From a virus: DNA of 16,006 bases. Made by a program: the position numbers and the translations under genes. Under the pieces are notes generated by a model. It was given only the letters and a program-made list of their open reading frames with translations. It did not search any database and had not been told where the DNA came from. The DNA lies in the UHGV virus genome UHGV-1504643. One strand, 5' to 3'. Below, one piece after another: positions 1 to 8,438 of this stretch. How positions within the stretch are numbered: the first letter of the stretch is position 1; the number at the start of each line of letters is the position of its first letter.

Positions 1-216
1 GATTGGCAGCTCTTCCTGTGCTAGGTATCCGATCTTGATCGTCTCTCCTACTTCCACATGACCTTCATCCGGCTGTTCAAGTCCTGCCATAATCTTTAAC
101 AGGGTAGATTTTCCACAACCATTTTGTCCATACAATATGTTTATTTTTTTGGATAAATCTAACTCGGTAAAATATTCTTTATGATAGCTTGTTACGTTTT
201 TGAGTTTTAATTTCAT
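1..216 (-). CDS. ABC-type ATPase, N-terminal 72 codons only (gene continues beyond window start); ABC-F-like (EttA/Uup/ARE-type) signature
   Basis: Minus-strand ATG at 216-214 preceded by GAGGG (complement of 221-225). Translation: [72 protein letters not shown]. Walker A is GQNGCGKST; the short spacing from Walker A to the IGYLxQ Q-loop-like motif resembles ABC-F nucleotide-binding domains as I recall them for EttA. No stop before position 1. Lower G+C than the phage core. Confidence 0.6.
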   Translation of the reverse strand, partial: MKLKLKNVTSYHKEYFTELDLSKKINILYGQNGCGKSTLLKIMAGLEQPDEGHVEVGETIKIGYLAQEELPI

Positions 217-502
217 TTTATCCCTCTTTTTATTCTTTTTATATTTAGCCTTAAGTGTTCGAGGTTGCCTTCCTCAACGATAGAGATCTAACCTAACTTT
301 TTGATTTATTCAAGAGAATTTAGTGAGTTATATGTAAAGATGTGGATGCTTAGCTATGTGGTTGGGGGTTATTTCAGTATGAATTCATTTGATGCATCAT
401 TTTGCATGTACCTGTTAGGCATTTTCTAACTTTGCAGTGTCAGAACTGGCGTACTTTAGGCCATTCATGCAAGTGCATTAAAACCGCCCCATTAAGCGGG
501 CG

Positions 503-521
503 GGCGAGGCGGGGAAAGCAC
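503..521. other. cos site (cosN cohesive-end sequence) of P2-like phage
   Basis: Sequence GGCGAGGCGGGGAAAGCAC at 503-521 matches the 19-nt P2 cohesive end as I recall it; it sits just beyond the 3' end of portal gene Q, as in P2. A 6-bp inverted repeat CCGCCC/GGGCGG (484-489 / 498-503) lies immediately to its left. Confidence 0.6.
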
Positions 522-662
522 TGCGCGCTGGCGGTGGTGCTGATTTTATTTTTTCAGCGTCTCAGCGCGTCGTGACGGCGTTTGGATTGTGCGCCGGGGC
601 GTTGGTGTGTCTGCGGGGTGTTTTGTGCGGTGGTGAGCGTGTGAGGGCGTGATGACGGGGTG

Positions 663-686
663 TAAAAAAGCCGCCCGCAGGCGGCG
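663..686 (-). terminator. Rho-independent terminator downstream of Q (minus strand)
   Basis: GC stem GCCGCC (670-675) / GGCGGC (680-685) with 4-nt loop, followed on the minus strand by a U-run (complement of the A-run at 664-669); lies 5-28 nt past the Q stop codon. Confidence 0.55.
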
Positions 687-690
687 ATGT

Positions 691-1725
691 TCAGTCGTTG
701 TCAGTGTCCAGTGAGTAGTTTTTAAAGCGGATGACCTCCTGACCGAGCCAGCCGTTTATCTCGCGGATCCTGTCCTGTAACGGGATAAGCTCATTGCGGA
801 CAAAGACCTTTGCCACTTTCTCAATATCTCCCAGTGACCCGACGTTCTCCGGCTTGCCGCCCATCAACTGAAAGGGGATGCGGTGTGCGTCCAGCAGGTC
901 AGCGGCGCTGGCTTTTTTGATATTAAAAAAATCGTCCTTCGTTGCCACTTCACTGAGTGGGATAATTTTAATGCCGTCAGCTTTCCCCTGCGGGGCATAG
1001 AGAAACAGGTTTTTAAAGTTGTTGCGGCCTTTCGACTTCACCATGTTTTCGCGAAGCATTTCGATATCGTTGCGATCCTGCACGGCATCGGTGACGTACA
1101 TGATGTATCCGGCATGTGCGCCGTTTTCGTAATACTTGCGGCGGAACAGCGTGGCCGACTCATTCAGCCAGGCAGAGTTAAGGGCGCTGAGATATTCCGG
1201 CAGGCCGTACAGCTCCTGATTAATATCCGGCTCCAGCAGGTGAAACACGGAGCCGGGCGCGAAGGCTGTCGGCTCGTTGAAGGACGGCACCCACCAGTAA
1301 ACATCCTCCTCCACGCCACGGCGGGTATATTTTGCCGGTGAGGTTTCCAGTCTGATGACCTTACCGGTGGTGCTGTAACGCTTTTCCAGAAACGCATTAC
1401 CGAACACCAGAAAATCCAGCACAAAGCGGCTGAAATCCTGCTGGGAAAGCCACGGGTGCGGGAGAAATGTCGAGGCTAGAATATTGCGTTTGACGTAAAT
1501 CGGTGAACTGTGATGCACGGCAGCACGCAGGCTTTTTGCCAGACCGGTAAAGCTGACCGGTGGCTCATACCATCTGCCGTTACTGATGCACTCGACGTAA
1601 TCCAGAATGTCACGGCGGTCGAGTACCGGCACCGGCTCACCAAAGGTGAATGCCTCCATTTTCGGGGCGCTGGCGGTCATTGTTTTCACCGCTGGCTGCG
1701 GTGTTTTCCCTTTTTTCTTGCTCAT
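691..1725 (-). CDS. Q: Portal (capsid portal) protein, P2 gpQ homologue
   Basis: 344-aa ORF; N-terminus MSKKKGKTPQPA... and length match P2 Q as I recall; start overlaps the P stop (TGATG on minus strand), consistent with translational coupling. Confidence 0.95.
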   Translation of the reverse strand: MSKKKGKTPQPAVKTMTASAPKMEAFTFGEPVPVLDRRDILDYVECISNGRWYEPPVSFTGLAKSLRAAVHHSSPIYVKRNILASTFLPHPWLSQQDFSRFVLDFLVFGNAFLEKRYSTTGKVIRLETSPAKYTRRGVEEDVYWWVPSFNEPTAFAPGSVFHLLEPDINQELYGLPEYLSALNSAWLNESATLFRRKYYENGAHAGYIMYVTDAVQDRNDIEMLRENMVKSKGRNNFKNLFLYAPQGKADGIKIIPLSEVATKDDFFNIKKASAADLLDAHRIPFQLMGGKPENVGSLGDIEKVAKVFVRNELIPLQDRIREINGWLGQEVIRFKNYSLDTDND

Positions 1726-3497
1726 CAGTAAAACTCCAGAATGGTGGATGTCAGCGGGGTGCTGATACCGGCGGTGAGTGGCTCATTTAACAGGGCATGC
1801 ATGGTCGCCCAGGCGAGGTCGGCGTGGCTGGCTTCCTCGCTGCGGCTGGCCTCATAGGTGGCGCTGCGTCCGCTGCTGGTCATGGTCTTGCGGATAGCCA
1901 TGAACGAGCTGGTGATGTCGGTGGCGCTGACGTCATATTCCAGACAGCCACGGCGGATAACGTCTTTTGCCTTGAGCACCATTGCGGTTTTCATTTCCGG
2001 CGTGTAGCGGATATCGCGCGCGGCGGGATAGAACGAGCGCACGAGCTGGAACACGCCGACACCGAGGCCGGTGGCATCAATCCCGATGTATTCAACGTTA
2101 TATTTTTCGGTGAGTTTGCGGATGGATTCCGCCTGGGTGGCAAAGTCCATGCCTTTCCACTGGTGACGCTCAAGTATTCTGAATTTGCCACCGGCCACCA
2201 CCGGCGGTGCCAGCACCACGCATCCGGCGCTGTCGCCACGGTGTGACGGGTCGTAACCAATCCATACCGGGCGGGAGCCGAACGGATTCGCGGCAAACGG
2301 CGCATAGTCTTCCCATTCTTCCAGCGTGTCGACCATGCAGCGTTGCAGCTCCTCGAACGGGAACACCGACGCCTTGTCGTCAACAAATTCACACATGAAC
2401 AGGTTTTTAAAATCGTCGGCGCTGTTTTCACGTTTGAGCTGCTCAATGTCGAACAGCGTGCAGCCACCTTTCAGGGCGTCCTCAATGGTGACAATCTGCC
2501 GCCACTGGCCGTCCGCACAGAGAAGCCCACCGGCAAGGGCGTTATGACTGACGTCGATTTCCACGCGTTCGGCGGCGCTGGCGCGTCCCCGGTTGAACAG
2601 TTCACCTGACCAGAACGGGTAGGCGTCGTGTGCCAGCGTGGACGGGGTGGAGAAATAGGTCGAACGCAGGTGACTCTGTGAGGCCATACCTGATGCCACC
2701 TTACGCAGTACCTGAAAATTCGGGATCCAGAAAATCTCGTCGACGTACAGGTCGCCGTTATGGCTCTGTGCGGTGTTGGAGTTGGTGCCGAGAAAAATCA
2801 GTTTTGCGCCGTTATTGCCCAGGACAATCGGGTCACCGGTCAGGTCAACGTCAACCAGACGGGCAAAGGCGATGATGTATTCGCGGAACACATACGCCTG
2901 CGTTTTACTGGCCGACAGAAAAATCTGGTTATGACCGGTTTTCAGGGCGCGCAGCAGCGCCTCGCGGGAAAAATAAAACGTCGCGCCAATCTGGCGGGAT
3001 TTCAGGATATCGCGGATGCGGTGCTCAAGCCCGGCGCGATACCAGTGCAACTGATATTCGAAAGACTGCTCAAAGAAAATCTGCTCCAGCTTTTCGATGG
3101 CCTCGTCACTGAAAAAATTCTTTTTCGGTTTGCGCCGCCCGCCTTTGTTGCGGTTAGCGACGTTCGGATTAAGGTCTGCCTCGTTGCCGGTCTGGCTGTA
3201 GCGGTTGACCCGTGCCAGTCGTTCAATCTGGCGTCCGAGCAGGTCAATTTCCTTGAAGTCACCGCCGGTTTTCTGCGGTTTGATGATGAGCTGGGTCAGC
3301 CGCGCTTCCAGACTCATTTCGACACGGCTGATGGGGGCAACGCTGTCCCAGCCGTCGCGCTGTTTCCAGCTCTGCACCGTCGGGCGTTTCATCTGCAACA
3401 TGGCGGCAATCTGCGGCACGGAAAACCCCTGCCAGTACAGCAGCGCCGCCTGACGACGCGGGTCGTGTAAAAGAGTGGTGTCTGTGGTGATGGTCAT
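1725..3497 (-). CDS. P: Terminase large (ATPase) subunit, P2 gpP homologue
   Basis: Track ORF is 600 aa from 3527; I place the start at the internal ATG at 3497 (MTITTDTTLLHDPRRQ...), which has a GAGG ribosome-binding site about 5 nt upstream and gives 590 aa, the P2 P length. A P-loop-like motif (GTNSNTAQS) is present. Confidence 0.93.
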   Translation of the reverse strand: MTITTDTTLLHDPRRQAALLYWQGFSVPQIAAMLQMKRPTVQSWKQRDGWDSVAPISRVEMSLEARLTQLIIKPQKTGGDFKEIDLLGRQIERLARVNRYSQTGNEADLNPNVANRNKGGRRKPKKNFFSDEAIEKLEQIFFEQSFEYQLHWYRAGLEHRIRDILKSRQIGATFYFSREALLRALKTGHNQIFLSASKTQAYVFREYIIAFARLVDVDLTGDPIVLGNNGAKLIFLGTNSNTAQSHNGDLYVDEIFWIPNFQVLRKVASGMASQSHLRSTYFSTPSTLAHDAYPFWSGELFNRGRASAAERVEIDVSHNALAGGLLCADGQWRQIVTIEDALKGGCTLFDIEQLKRENSADDFKNLFMCEFVDDKASVFPFEELQRCMVDTLEEWEDYAPFAANPFGSRPVWIGYDPSHRGDSAGCVVLAPPVVAGGKFRILERHQWKGMDFATQAESIRKLTEKYNVEYIGIDATGLGVGVFQLVRSFYPAARDIRYTPEMKTAMVLKAKDVIRRGCLEYDVSATDITSSFMAIRKTMTSSGRSATYEASRSEEASHADLAWATMHALLNEPLTAGISTPLTSTILEFY

Positions 3498-3670
3498 GAA
3501 TACCTCGCCGTGATGAATACACGGCAAGGCTACTGAGTCGCGCCCCGCGATTCGCTAAGGTGCTGTTGTGTCAGTGATAAGCCATCCGGGACTGATGGCG
3601 GAGGATGCGCATCGTCGGGAAACTGATGCCGACATGTGACTCATCTAATCACTATTCAGGACTCCTGACA

Positions 3671-4525
3671 ATGGCAAAAAAAGTCTCAAAATTCTTTCGT
3701 ATCGGCGTTGAGGGTGACACCTGTGACGGGCGTGTCATCAGTGCGCAGGATATTCAGGAAATGGCCGAAACCTTTGACCCGCGAGTCTATGGTTGCCGCA
3801 TTAACCTGGAACATCTGCGCGGCATCCTGCCTGACGGTATTTTTAAGCGTTATGGCGATGTGGTCGAACTGAAGGCCGAAAAGATTGACGATGATTCGGC
3901 GCTGAAAGGCAAATGGGCGCTGTTTGCGAAAATCACCCCGACCGATGACCTTATCGCGATGAACAAGGCCGCGCAGAAGGTCTATACCTCAATGGAAATT
4001 CAGCCGAACTTTGCCAATACCGGCAAATGTTATCTGGTGGGGCTGGCCGTCACCGATGACCCGGCAAGCCTCGGCACGGAATACCTGGAATTCTGCCGCA
4101 CGGCAAAACACAACCCCCTGAACCGCTTCAAATTAAGCCCTGAAAATCTGATTTCAGTGGCAACGCCTGTTGAGCTGGAATTTGAAGACCTGCCTGAAAC
4201 CGTGTTCACCGCCCTGACCGAAAAGGTGAAATCCATTTTTGGCCGCAAACAGGCCAGCGATGACGCCCGTCTGAATGACGTGCATGAAGCGGTGACCGCT
4301 GTTGCTGAACATGTGCAGGAAAAACTGAGTGCCACTGAGCAGCGCCTCGCTGAGATGGAAACCGCCTTTTCCGCACTTAAGCAGGATGTGACTGACAGGG
4401 CGGATGAAACCAGCCAGGCATTCACCCGCCTGAAAAACAGCCTCGACCACACCGAAAGTCTGACCCAGCAGCGCCGCAGCAAGGCCACCGGCGGTGGCGG
4501 TGACGCCCTGATGACGAACTGCTGA
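3671..4525 (+). CDS. O: Capsid scaffolding protein, P2 gpO homologue
   Basis: Track ORF starts at 3605 with a non-ATG codon; the internal ATG at 3671 (MAKKVSKFFRIGVEGDT...) gives 284 aa, matching P2 O in length and N-terminus. Divergent from P across a 173-bp intergenic region. Confidence 0.93.
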   Translation: MAKKVSKFFRIGVEGDTCDGRVISAQDIQEMAETFDPRVYGCRINLEHLRGILPDGIFKRYGDVVELKAEKIDDDSALKGKWALFAKITPTDDLIAMNKAAQKVYTSMEIQPNFANTGKCYLVGLAVTDDPASLGTEYLEFCRTAKHNPLNRFKLSPENLISVATPVELEFEDLPETVFTALTEKVKSIFGRKQASDDARLNDVHEAVTAVAEHVQEKLSATEQRLAEMETAFSALKQDVTDRADETSQAFTRLKNSLDHTESLTQQRRSKATGGGGDALMTNC

Positions 4526-4583
4526 CCGGCGTCAGTCAGTCCGGGAAAACCTTCACGATTAACCCTTAATTTCAGGAAAAACT

Positions 4584-5657
4584 ATGCGCCAGGAAACCCG
4601 CTTTAAATTTAATGCCTATCTGTCCCGTGTTGCCGAACTGAACGGCATCGACGCCGGTGATGTGTCGAAAAAATTCACCGTTGAACCGTCGGTCACCCAG
4701 ACCCTGATGAACACCATGCAGGAGTCCTCTGATTTTCTGACCCGCATCAACATTGTGCCGGTCAGCGAAATGAAAGGGGAAAAAATTGGTATTGGTGTCA
4801 CCGGCTCCATCGCCAGCACCACCGACACCGCCGGTGGCACCGAGCGTCAGCCGAAGGACTTCTCGAAGCTGGCGTCAAACAAGTACGAATGCGACCAGAT
4901 TAACTTCGATTTTTATATCCGCTACAAAACGCTTGACCTGTGGGCGCGTTATCAGGATTTCCAGCTTCGTATCCGTAACGCCATTATCAAACGCCAGTCC
5001 CTTGATTTCATCATGGCCGGTTTTAACGGTGTGAAGCGTGCCGAAACCTCTGACCGCAACAGTAATCCGATGCTGCAGGATGTGGCGGTCGGCTGGCTGC
5101 AGAAATACCGCAATGAAGCCCCGGCGCGCGTGATGAGCAAGGTCACTGACGAGGAAGGCCGCACCACCTCTGAGGTTATCCGCGTGGGTAAGGGCGGTGA
5201 TTATGCCAGCCTTGATGCACTGGTGATGGATGCGACCAACAACCTGATTGAGCCGTGGTATCAGGAAGACCCTGACCTTGTGGTGATTGTGGGGCGTCAG
5301 CTACTGGCGGACAAGTATTTCCCCATCGTTAACAAAGAGCAGGACAACAGCGAAATGCTGGCCGCTGACGTCATCATCAGCCAGAAACGCATCGGTAACC
5401 TGCCGGCGGTACGCGTCCCGTACTTCCCGGCGGATGCGATGCTCATCACGAAGCTGGAAAACCTGTCCATCTACTACATGGATGACAGCCATCGCCGCGT
5501 GATTGAGGAAAACCCGAAACTCGACCGCGTGGAGAACTACGAGTCAATGAACATTGATTACGTGGTGGAAGACTACGCCGCCGGTTGCCTGGTGGAAAAA
5601 ATTAAGGTCGGTGATTTCTCCACACCGGCTAAGGCGACCGCAGAGCCGGGAGCGTAA
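4584..5657 (+). CDS. N: Major capsid protein, P2 gpN homologue
   Basis: 357-aa ORF; AGGAAA ribosome-binding site upstream of ATG; N-terminus MRQETRFKFNAYLSRVAEL... and length match P2 N as I recall. Confidence 0.95.
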   Translation: MRQETRFKFNAYLSRVAELNGIDAGDVSKKFTVEPSVTQTLMNTMQESSDFLTRINIVPVSEMKGEKIGIGVTGSIASTTDTAGGTERQPKDFSKLASNKYECDQINFDFYIRYKTLDLWARYQDFQLRIRNAIIKRQSLDFIMAGFNGVKRAETSDRNSNPMLQDVAVGWLQKYRNEAPARVMSKVTDEEGRTTSEVIRVGKGGDYASLDALVMDATNNLIEPWYQEDPDLVVIVGRQLLADKYFPIVNKEQDNSEMLAADVIISQKRIGNLPAVRVPYFPADAMLITKLENLSIYYMDDSHRRVIEENPKLDRVENYESMNIDYVVEDYAAGCLVEKIKVGDFSTPAKATAEPGA

Positions 5658-5660
5658 CCG

Positions 5661-6404
5661 ATGACGAGTCCCGCACAGCGCCACATGATGCGGGTCTCGG
5701 CAGCGATGACCGCGCAGCGGGAAGCCGCCCCGCTGCGACATGCAACTGTCTATGAGCAGATGCTGGTTAAGCTCGCCGCAGACCAGCGCACACTGAAAGC
5801 GATTTATTCAAAAGAGCTTAAGGCCGCGAAAAAGCGCGAACTGCTGCCGTTCTGGTTGCCGTGGGTGAACGGCGTGCTGGAGCAGGGCAAAGGTGCACAG
5901 GATGACATTCTGATGACGGTCATGCTGTGGCGTCTGGATAGCGGCGATATTGCCGGTGCGCTGGAGATTGCCCGTTATGCCCTGAAGTACGGTCTGACCA
6001 TGCCGGGTAAACACCGCCGCACCCCGCCGTACATGTTCACCGAGGAGGTGGCGCTCGCGGCCATGCGTGCTCACGCTGCCGGTGAGTCTGTGGATACCCG
6101 CCTGCTGACGGAGACCCTCGAACTGACCGCCACGGCTGACATGCCTGATGAAGTGCGCGCAAAGCTGCACAAAATCACCGGTCTGTTTCTGCGTGACGCT
6201 GGTGATGCCGCAGGTGCGCTGGCGCACCTGCAACGTGCGACACAGCTCGACTGTCAGGCAGGCGTCAAAAAAGAGATTGAACGACTGGAGCGGGAGCTGA
6301 AACCGAAGCCGGAGCCGCAGCCAAAAGCGGTCACCCGCGCCCCGCGTAAGACCCGGAGCGTGACCCCGGCAAAACGTGGACGCCCGAAAAAGAAAGCCAG
6401 TTAA
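5661..6404 (+). CDS. M: Terminase small (endonuclease) subunit, P2 gpM homologue
   Basis: 247-aa ORF starting 4 nt after the N stop; basic C-terminal tail (RAPRKTRSVTPAKRGRPKKKAS); position and length match P2 M. Confidence 0.92.
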   Translation: MTSPAQRHMMRVSAAMTAQREAAPLRHATVYEQMLVKLAADQRTLKAIYSKELKAAKKRELLPFWLPWVNGVLEQGKGAQDDILMTVMLWRLDSGDIAGALEIARYALKYGLTMPGKHRRTPPYMFTEEVALAAMRAHAAGESVDTRLLTETLELTATADMPDEVRAKLHKITGLFLRDAGDAAGALAHLQRATQLDCQAGVKKEIERLERELKPKPEPQPKAVTRAPRKTRSVTPAKRGRPKKKAS

Positions 6405-6503
6405 CAACCGAATGCGCCCCGCGCCAGGGCGGCACGCCGGTCAGTGACGGTGAATCACCTGACACTGCACCGGCGTCCACCGCCCGACTTTTCAGAGGTA
6501 GTC

Positions 6504-7013
6504 ATGATGACGCTGATTATTCCGCGAAAGGAGGCTCCCGTGTCCGGTGAGGGTACGGTGGTCATCCCGCAACCGGCAGGCGACGAGCCGGTGATTAAAA
6601 ACACGTTCTTTTTTCCCGATATCGACCCGAAGCGTGTCCGGGAACGTATGCGCCTTGAGCAGACCGTCGCCCCCGCCCGTCTGCGTGAGGCCATCAAGTC
6701 AGGCATGGCGGAGACGAATGCGGAGCTGTACGAGTACCGCGAACAGAAAATTGCCGCCGGTTTTACGCGTCTGGCGGACGTCCCGGCGGACGACATCGAC
6801 GGTGAAAGCATCAAAGTTTTTTACTACGAGCGCGCCGTGTGTGCGATGGCGACCGCATCGCTTTATGAGCGTTATCGCGGCGTGGATGCCAGTGCCAAGG
6901 GCGACAAGAAGGCCGACAGCATTGACAGCACCATTGATGAACTGTGGCGGGATATGCGCTGGGCGGTGGCACGTATCCAGGACAAGCCGCGCTGCATCGT
7001 GAGTCAAATCTGA
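6504..7013 (+). CDS. L: Head completion/stabilisation protein, P2 gpL homologue
   Basis: Track ORF starts at 6444; the internal ATG at 6504 has a GAGG site 6 nt upstream and gives 169 aa, matching P2 L length. Confidence 0.9.
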   Translation: MMTLIIPRKEAPVSGEGTVVIPQPAGDEPVIKNTFFFPDIDPKRVRERMRLEQTVAPARLREAIKSGMAETNAELYEYREQKIAAGFTRLADVPADDIDGESIKVFYYERAVCAMATASLYERYRGVDASAKGDKKADSIDSTIDELWRDMRWAVARIQDKPRCIVSQI

Positions 7014-7216
7014 TGAAGACCTTTGCGCTACAGGGCGACACGCTCGACGCCATTTGTGTCCGGTATTACGGGCGCACTGAGGGCGTGGTTGAGACCGTGC
7101 TCGCCGCAAATCCGGGACTGGCTGAACTGGGTGCGATGCTGCCGCACGGCACCGCCGTCGAACTGCCCGACGTTCAGACCGCGCCCGTGGCTGAAACTGT
7201 CAATCTGTGGGAGTAA
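7013..7216 (+). CDS. X: Tail protein X (LysM-like small tail protein), P2 gpX homologue
   Basis: 67-aa ORF MKTFALQGDTLDAICVRYYGRTEGV...; ATG overlaps the L stop (ATGA). The track's longer ORF from 6944 is an upstream in-frame extension inside L. Confidence 0.85.
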   Translation: MKTFALQGDTLDAICVRYYGRTEGVVETVLAANPGLAELGAMLPHGTAVELPDVQTAPVAETVNLWE

Positions 7217-7219
7217 CGC

Positions 7220-7501
7220 ATGACAGCAGAAGAAAAAAGCGTTCTGTCGCTTTTCATGATTGGAGTGCTGATTGTTGTCGGCAAGGTGCTTGCCGGTGGT
7301 GAACCCATCACCCCGCGTCTGTTTATCGGGCGCATGTTGCTCGGTGGTTTTGTCTCGATGGTTGCCGGTGTTGTTCTGGTGCAGTTTCCTGACCTGTCAC
7401 TGCCTGCGGTGTGCGGCATCGGCTCCATGCTGGGTATCGCCGGTTATCAGGTGATTGAGATTGCCATTCAGCGCCGCTTTAAGGGCAGGGGGAAACAGTA
7501 A
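7220..7501 (+). CDS. Y: Holin, P2 gpY homologue
   Basis: 93-aa ORF with hydrophobic transmembrane segments and a charged C-terminus (RRFKGRGKQ); lies immediately upstream of the endolysin gene. Confidence 0.9.
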   Translation: MTAEEKSVLSLFMIGVLIVVGKVLAGGEPITPRLFIGRMLLGGFVSMVAGVVLVQFPDLSLPAVCGIGSMLGIAGYQVIEIAIQRRFKGRGKQ

Positions 7502-7998
7502 TGCCGGTAATGAACACGCATCAGAATATCGCCGCCTTTCTCGACATGCTGGCCGTGTCCGAAGGGACGGCGAATCATCCACTGACGAAAAACCGGGGCT
7601 ATGACGTGATAGTCACCGGACTGGACGGAAAGCCGGAAATTTTCACCGACTACAGTGACCACCCGTTCGCGCATGGCCGACCGGCGAAGGTGTTTAACCG
7701 TCGTGGTGAAAAATCCACGGCCTCCGGTCGCTATCAGCAGCTTTACCTGTTCTGGCCGCATTACCGCAAACAGCTTGCCCTGCCGGATTTCAGTCCGTTG
7801 TCACAGGACAGACTTGCCATTCAGTTGATCCGCGAACGCGGTGCACTGGATGACATCCGGGCGGGACGCATTGAGCGCGCCATTTCACGCTGTCGCAATA
7901 TCTGGGCGTCCCTGCCGGGTGCCGGTTACGGTCAGCGTGAGCATTCACTGGAAAAACTGGTCACCGTCTGGCGTACCGCTGGCGGCGTACCGGCTTAA
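7501..7998 (+). CDS. K: Endolysin (lysozyme-like murein hydrolase), P2 gpK homologue
   Basis: 165-aa ORF; start overlaps the Y stop (TAATG); position and length match P2 K. Confidence 0.92.
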   Translation: MPVMNTHQNIAAFLDMLAVSEGTANHPLTKNRGYDVIVTGLDGKPEIFTDYSDHPFAHGRPAKVFNRRGEKSTASGRYQQLYLFWPHYRKQLALPDFSPLSQDRLAIQLIRERGALDDIRAGRIERAISRCRNIWASLPGAGYGQREHSLEKLVTVWRTAGGVPA

Positions 7999-8012
7999 AC
8001 GGAGTAAACACC

Positions 8013-8438
8013 ATGAAGAAATTATCCCTTTCACTGATGCTGAATGTGTCGCTGGCGCTGATGCTGGCACTGTCCCTGATTTACCCGCAGAGCGTGGCCG
8101 TCAATTTTGTCGCCGCCTGGGCGATTCTGGCGACGGTTATCTGTGTGGTTGCCGGTGGTGTCGGCGTGTATGCCACGGAGTATGTACTGGAACGCTACGG
8201 ACGGGAGCTGCCGCCGGAATCGCTGGCCGTGAAGATTGTCACGTCGCTGTTTTTACAGCCGGTGCCGTGGCGCAGGCGGGCGGCGGCTCTGGTGGTGATG
8301 GTGGCGACGTTTATCTCGCTGGTCGCTGCCGGGTGGATTTTTACCGCGCTGATTTATCTCGTGGCATCGGTGTTCTTCCGGCTGATACGTACGGCCTGCC
8401 GTCAGCGTTTTGAGGGGCGGGAACCATGTCAAAGCTGA
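8013..8438 (+). CDS. lysA: Lysis-timing membrane protein LysA
   Basis: 141-aa ORF with multiple hydrophobic helices; synteny with P2 lysA. Confidence 0.85.
   Translation: MKKLSLSLMLNVSLALMLALSLIYPQSVAVNFVAAWAILATVICVVAGGVGVYATEYVLERYGRELPPESLAVKIVTSLFLQPVPWRRRAAALVVMVATFISLVAAGWIFTALIYLVASVFFRLIRTACRQRFEGREPCQS

Noticed and set aside
518-556. Possible plus-strand terminator (GC-rich segment followed by TGATTTTATTTTTT)
   Set aside because: The preceding GC-rich segment does not form a clean hairpin by eye; the T-run may simply be part of the cos-flanking region.
883-1341. 152-aa plus-strand ORF antisense to portal gene Q (also 1164-1424 minus, 1510-1731 plus)
   Set aside because: Lies entirely within the well-supported Q coding region on the opposite strand or another frame; typical shadow ORFs in GC-rich coding DNA; no ribosome-binding site or homology signal.
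2760-3470. 236-aa plus-strand ORF, plus several 60-160-aa ORFs on both strands (1797-2246, 1991-2467, 2207-2609, 2630-2875, 3002-3262, 3205-3453, 3259-3522) inside the terminase gene P
   Set aside because: All overlap the P coding frame, which has a clear P2 homologue; antisense or alternative-frame open frames are expected at this G+C content.
3605-3670. N-terminal extensions proposed by the ORF track for O (3605), L (6444), X (6944) and P (3527)
   Set aside because: Internal ATG starts (3671, 6504, 7013, 3497) have Shine-Dalgarno sequences and reproduce the P2 protein lengths and N-termini; the track extensions begin at non-ATG or unsupported codons and, for X, lie inside L.
4030-6407. Antisense or alternative-frame ORFs within O, N and M (for example 4030-4488 minus, 4154-4450 minus, 4616-4840 minus, 4786-5034 plus, 5808-6407 minus 199 aa)
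   Set aside because: Embedded in strongly supported capsid and terminase genes; no independent evidence.
6455-7582. ORFs overlapping L, X, Y and K on other frames or strand (6455-6814 minus, 6634-7002 plus, 6699-7109 minus, 6811-7053 minus, 7023-7223 plus, 7174-7428 minus, 7272-7454 plus, 7397-7582 minus, 7468-7761 minus)
   Set aside because: Shadow ORFs inside conserved P2-homologous genes.
7841-8413. 190-aa plus-strand ORF spanning the K/lysA junction
   Set aside because: Alternative frame across two supported genes; Cys/Arg/Gly-rich translation typical of an out-of-frame read of GC-rich coding DNA.
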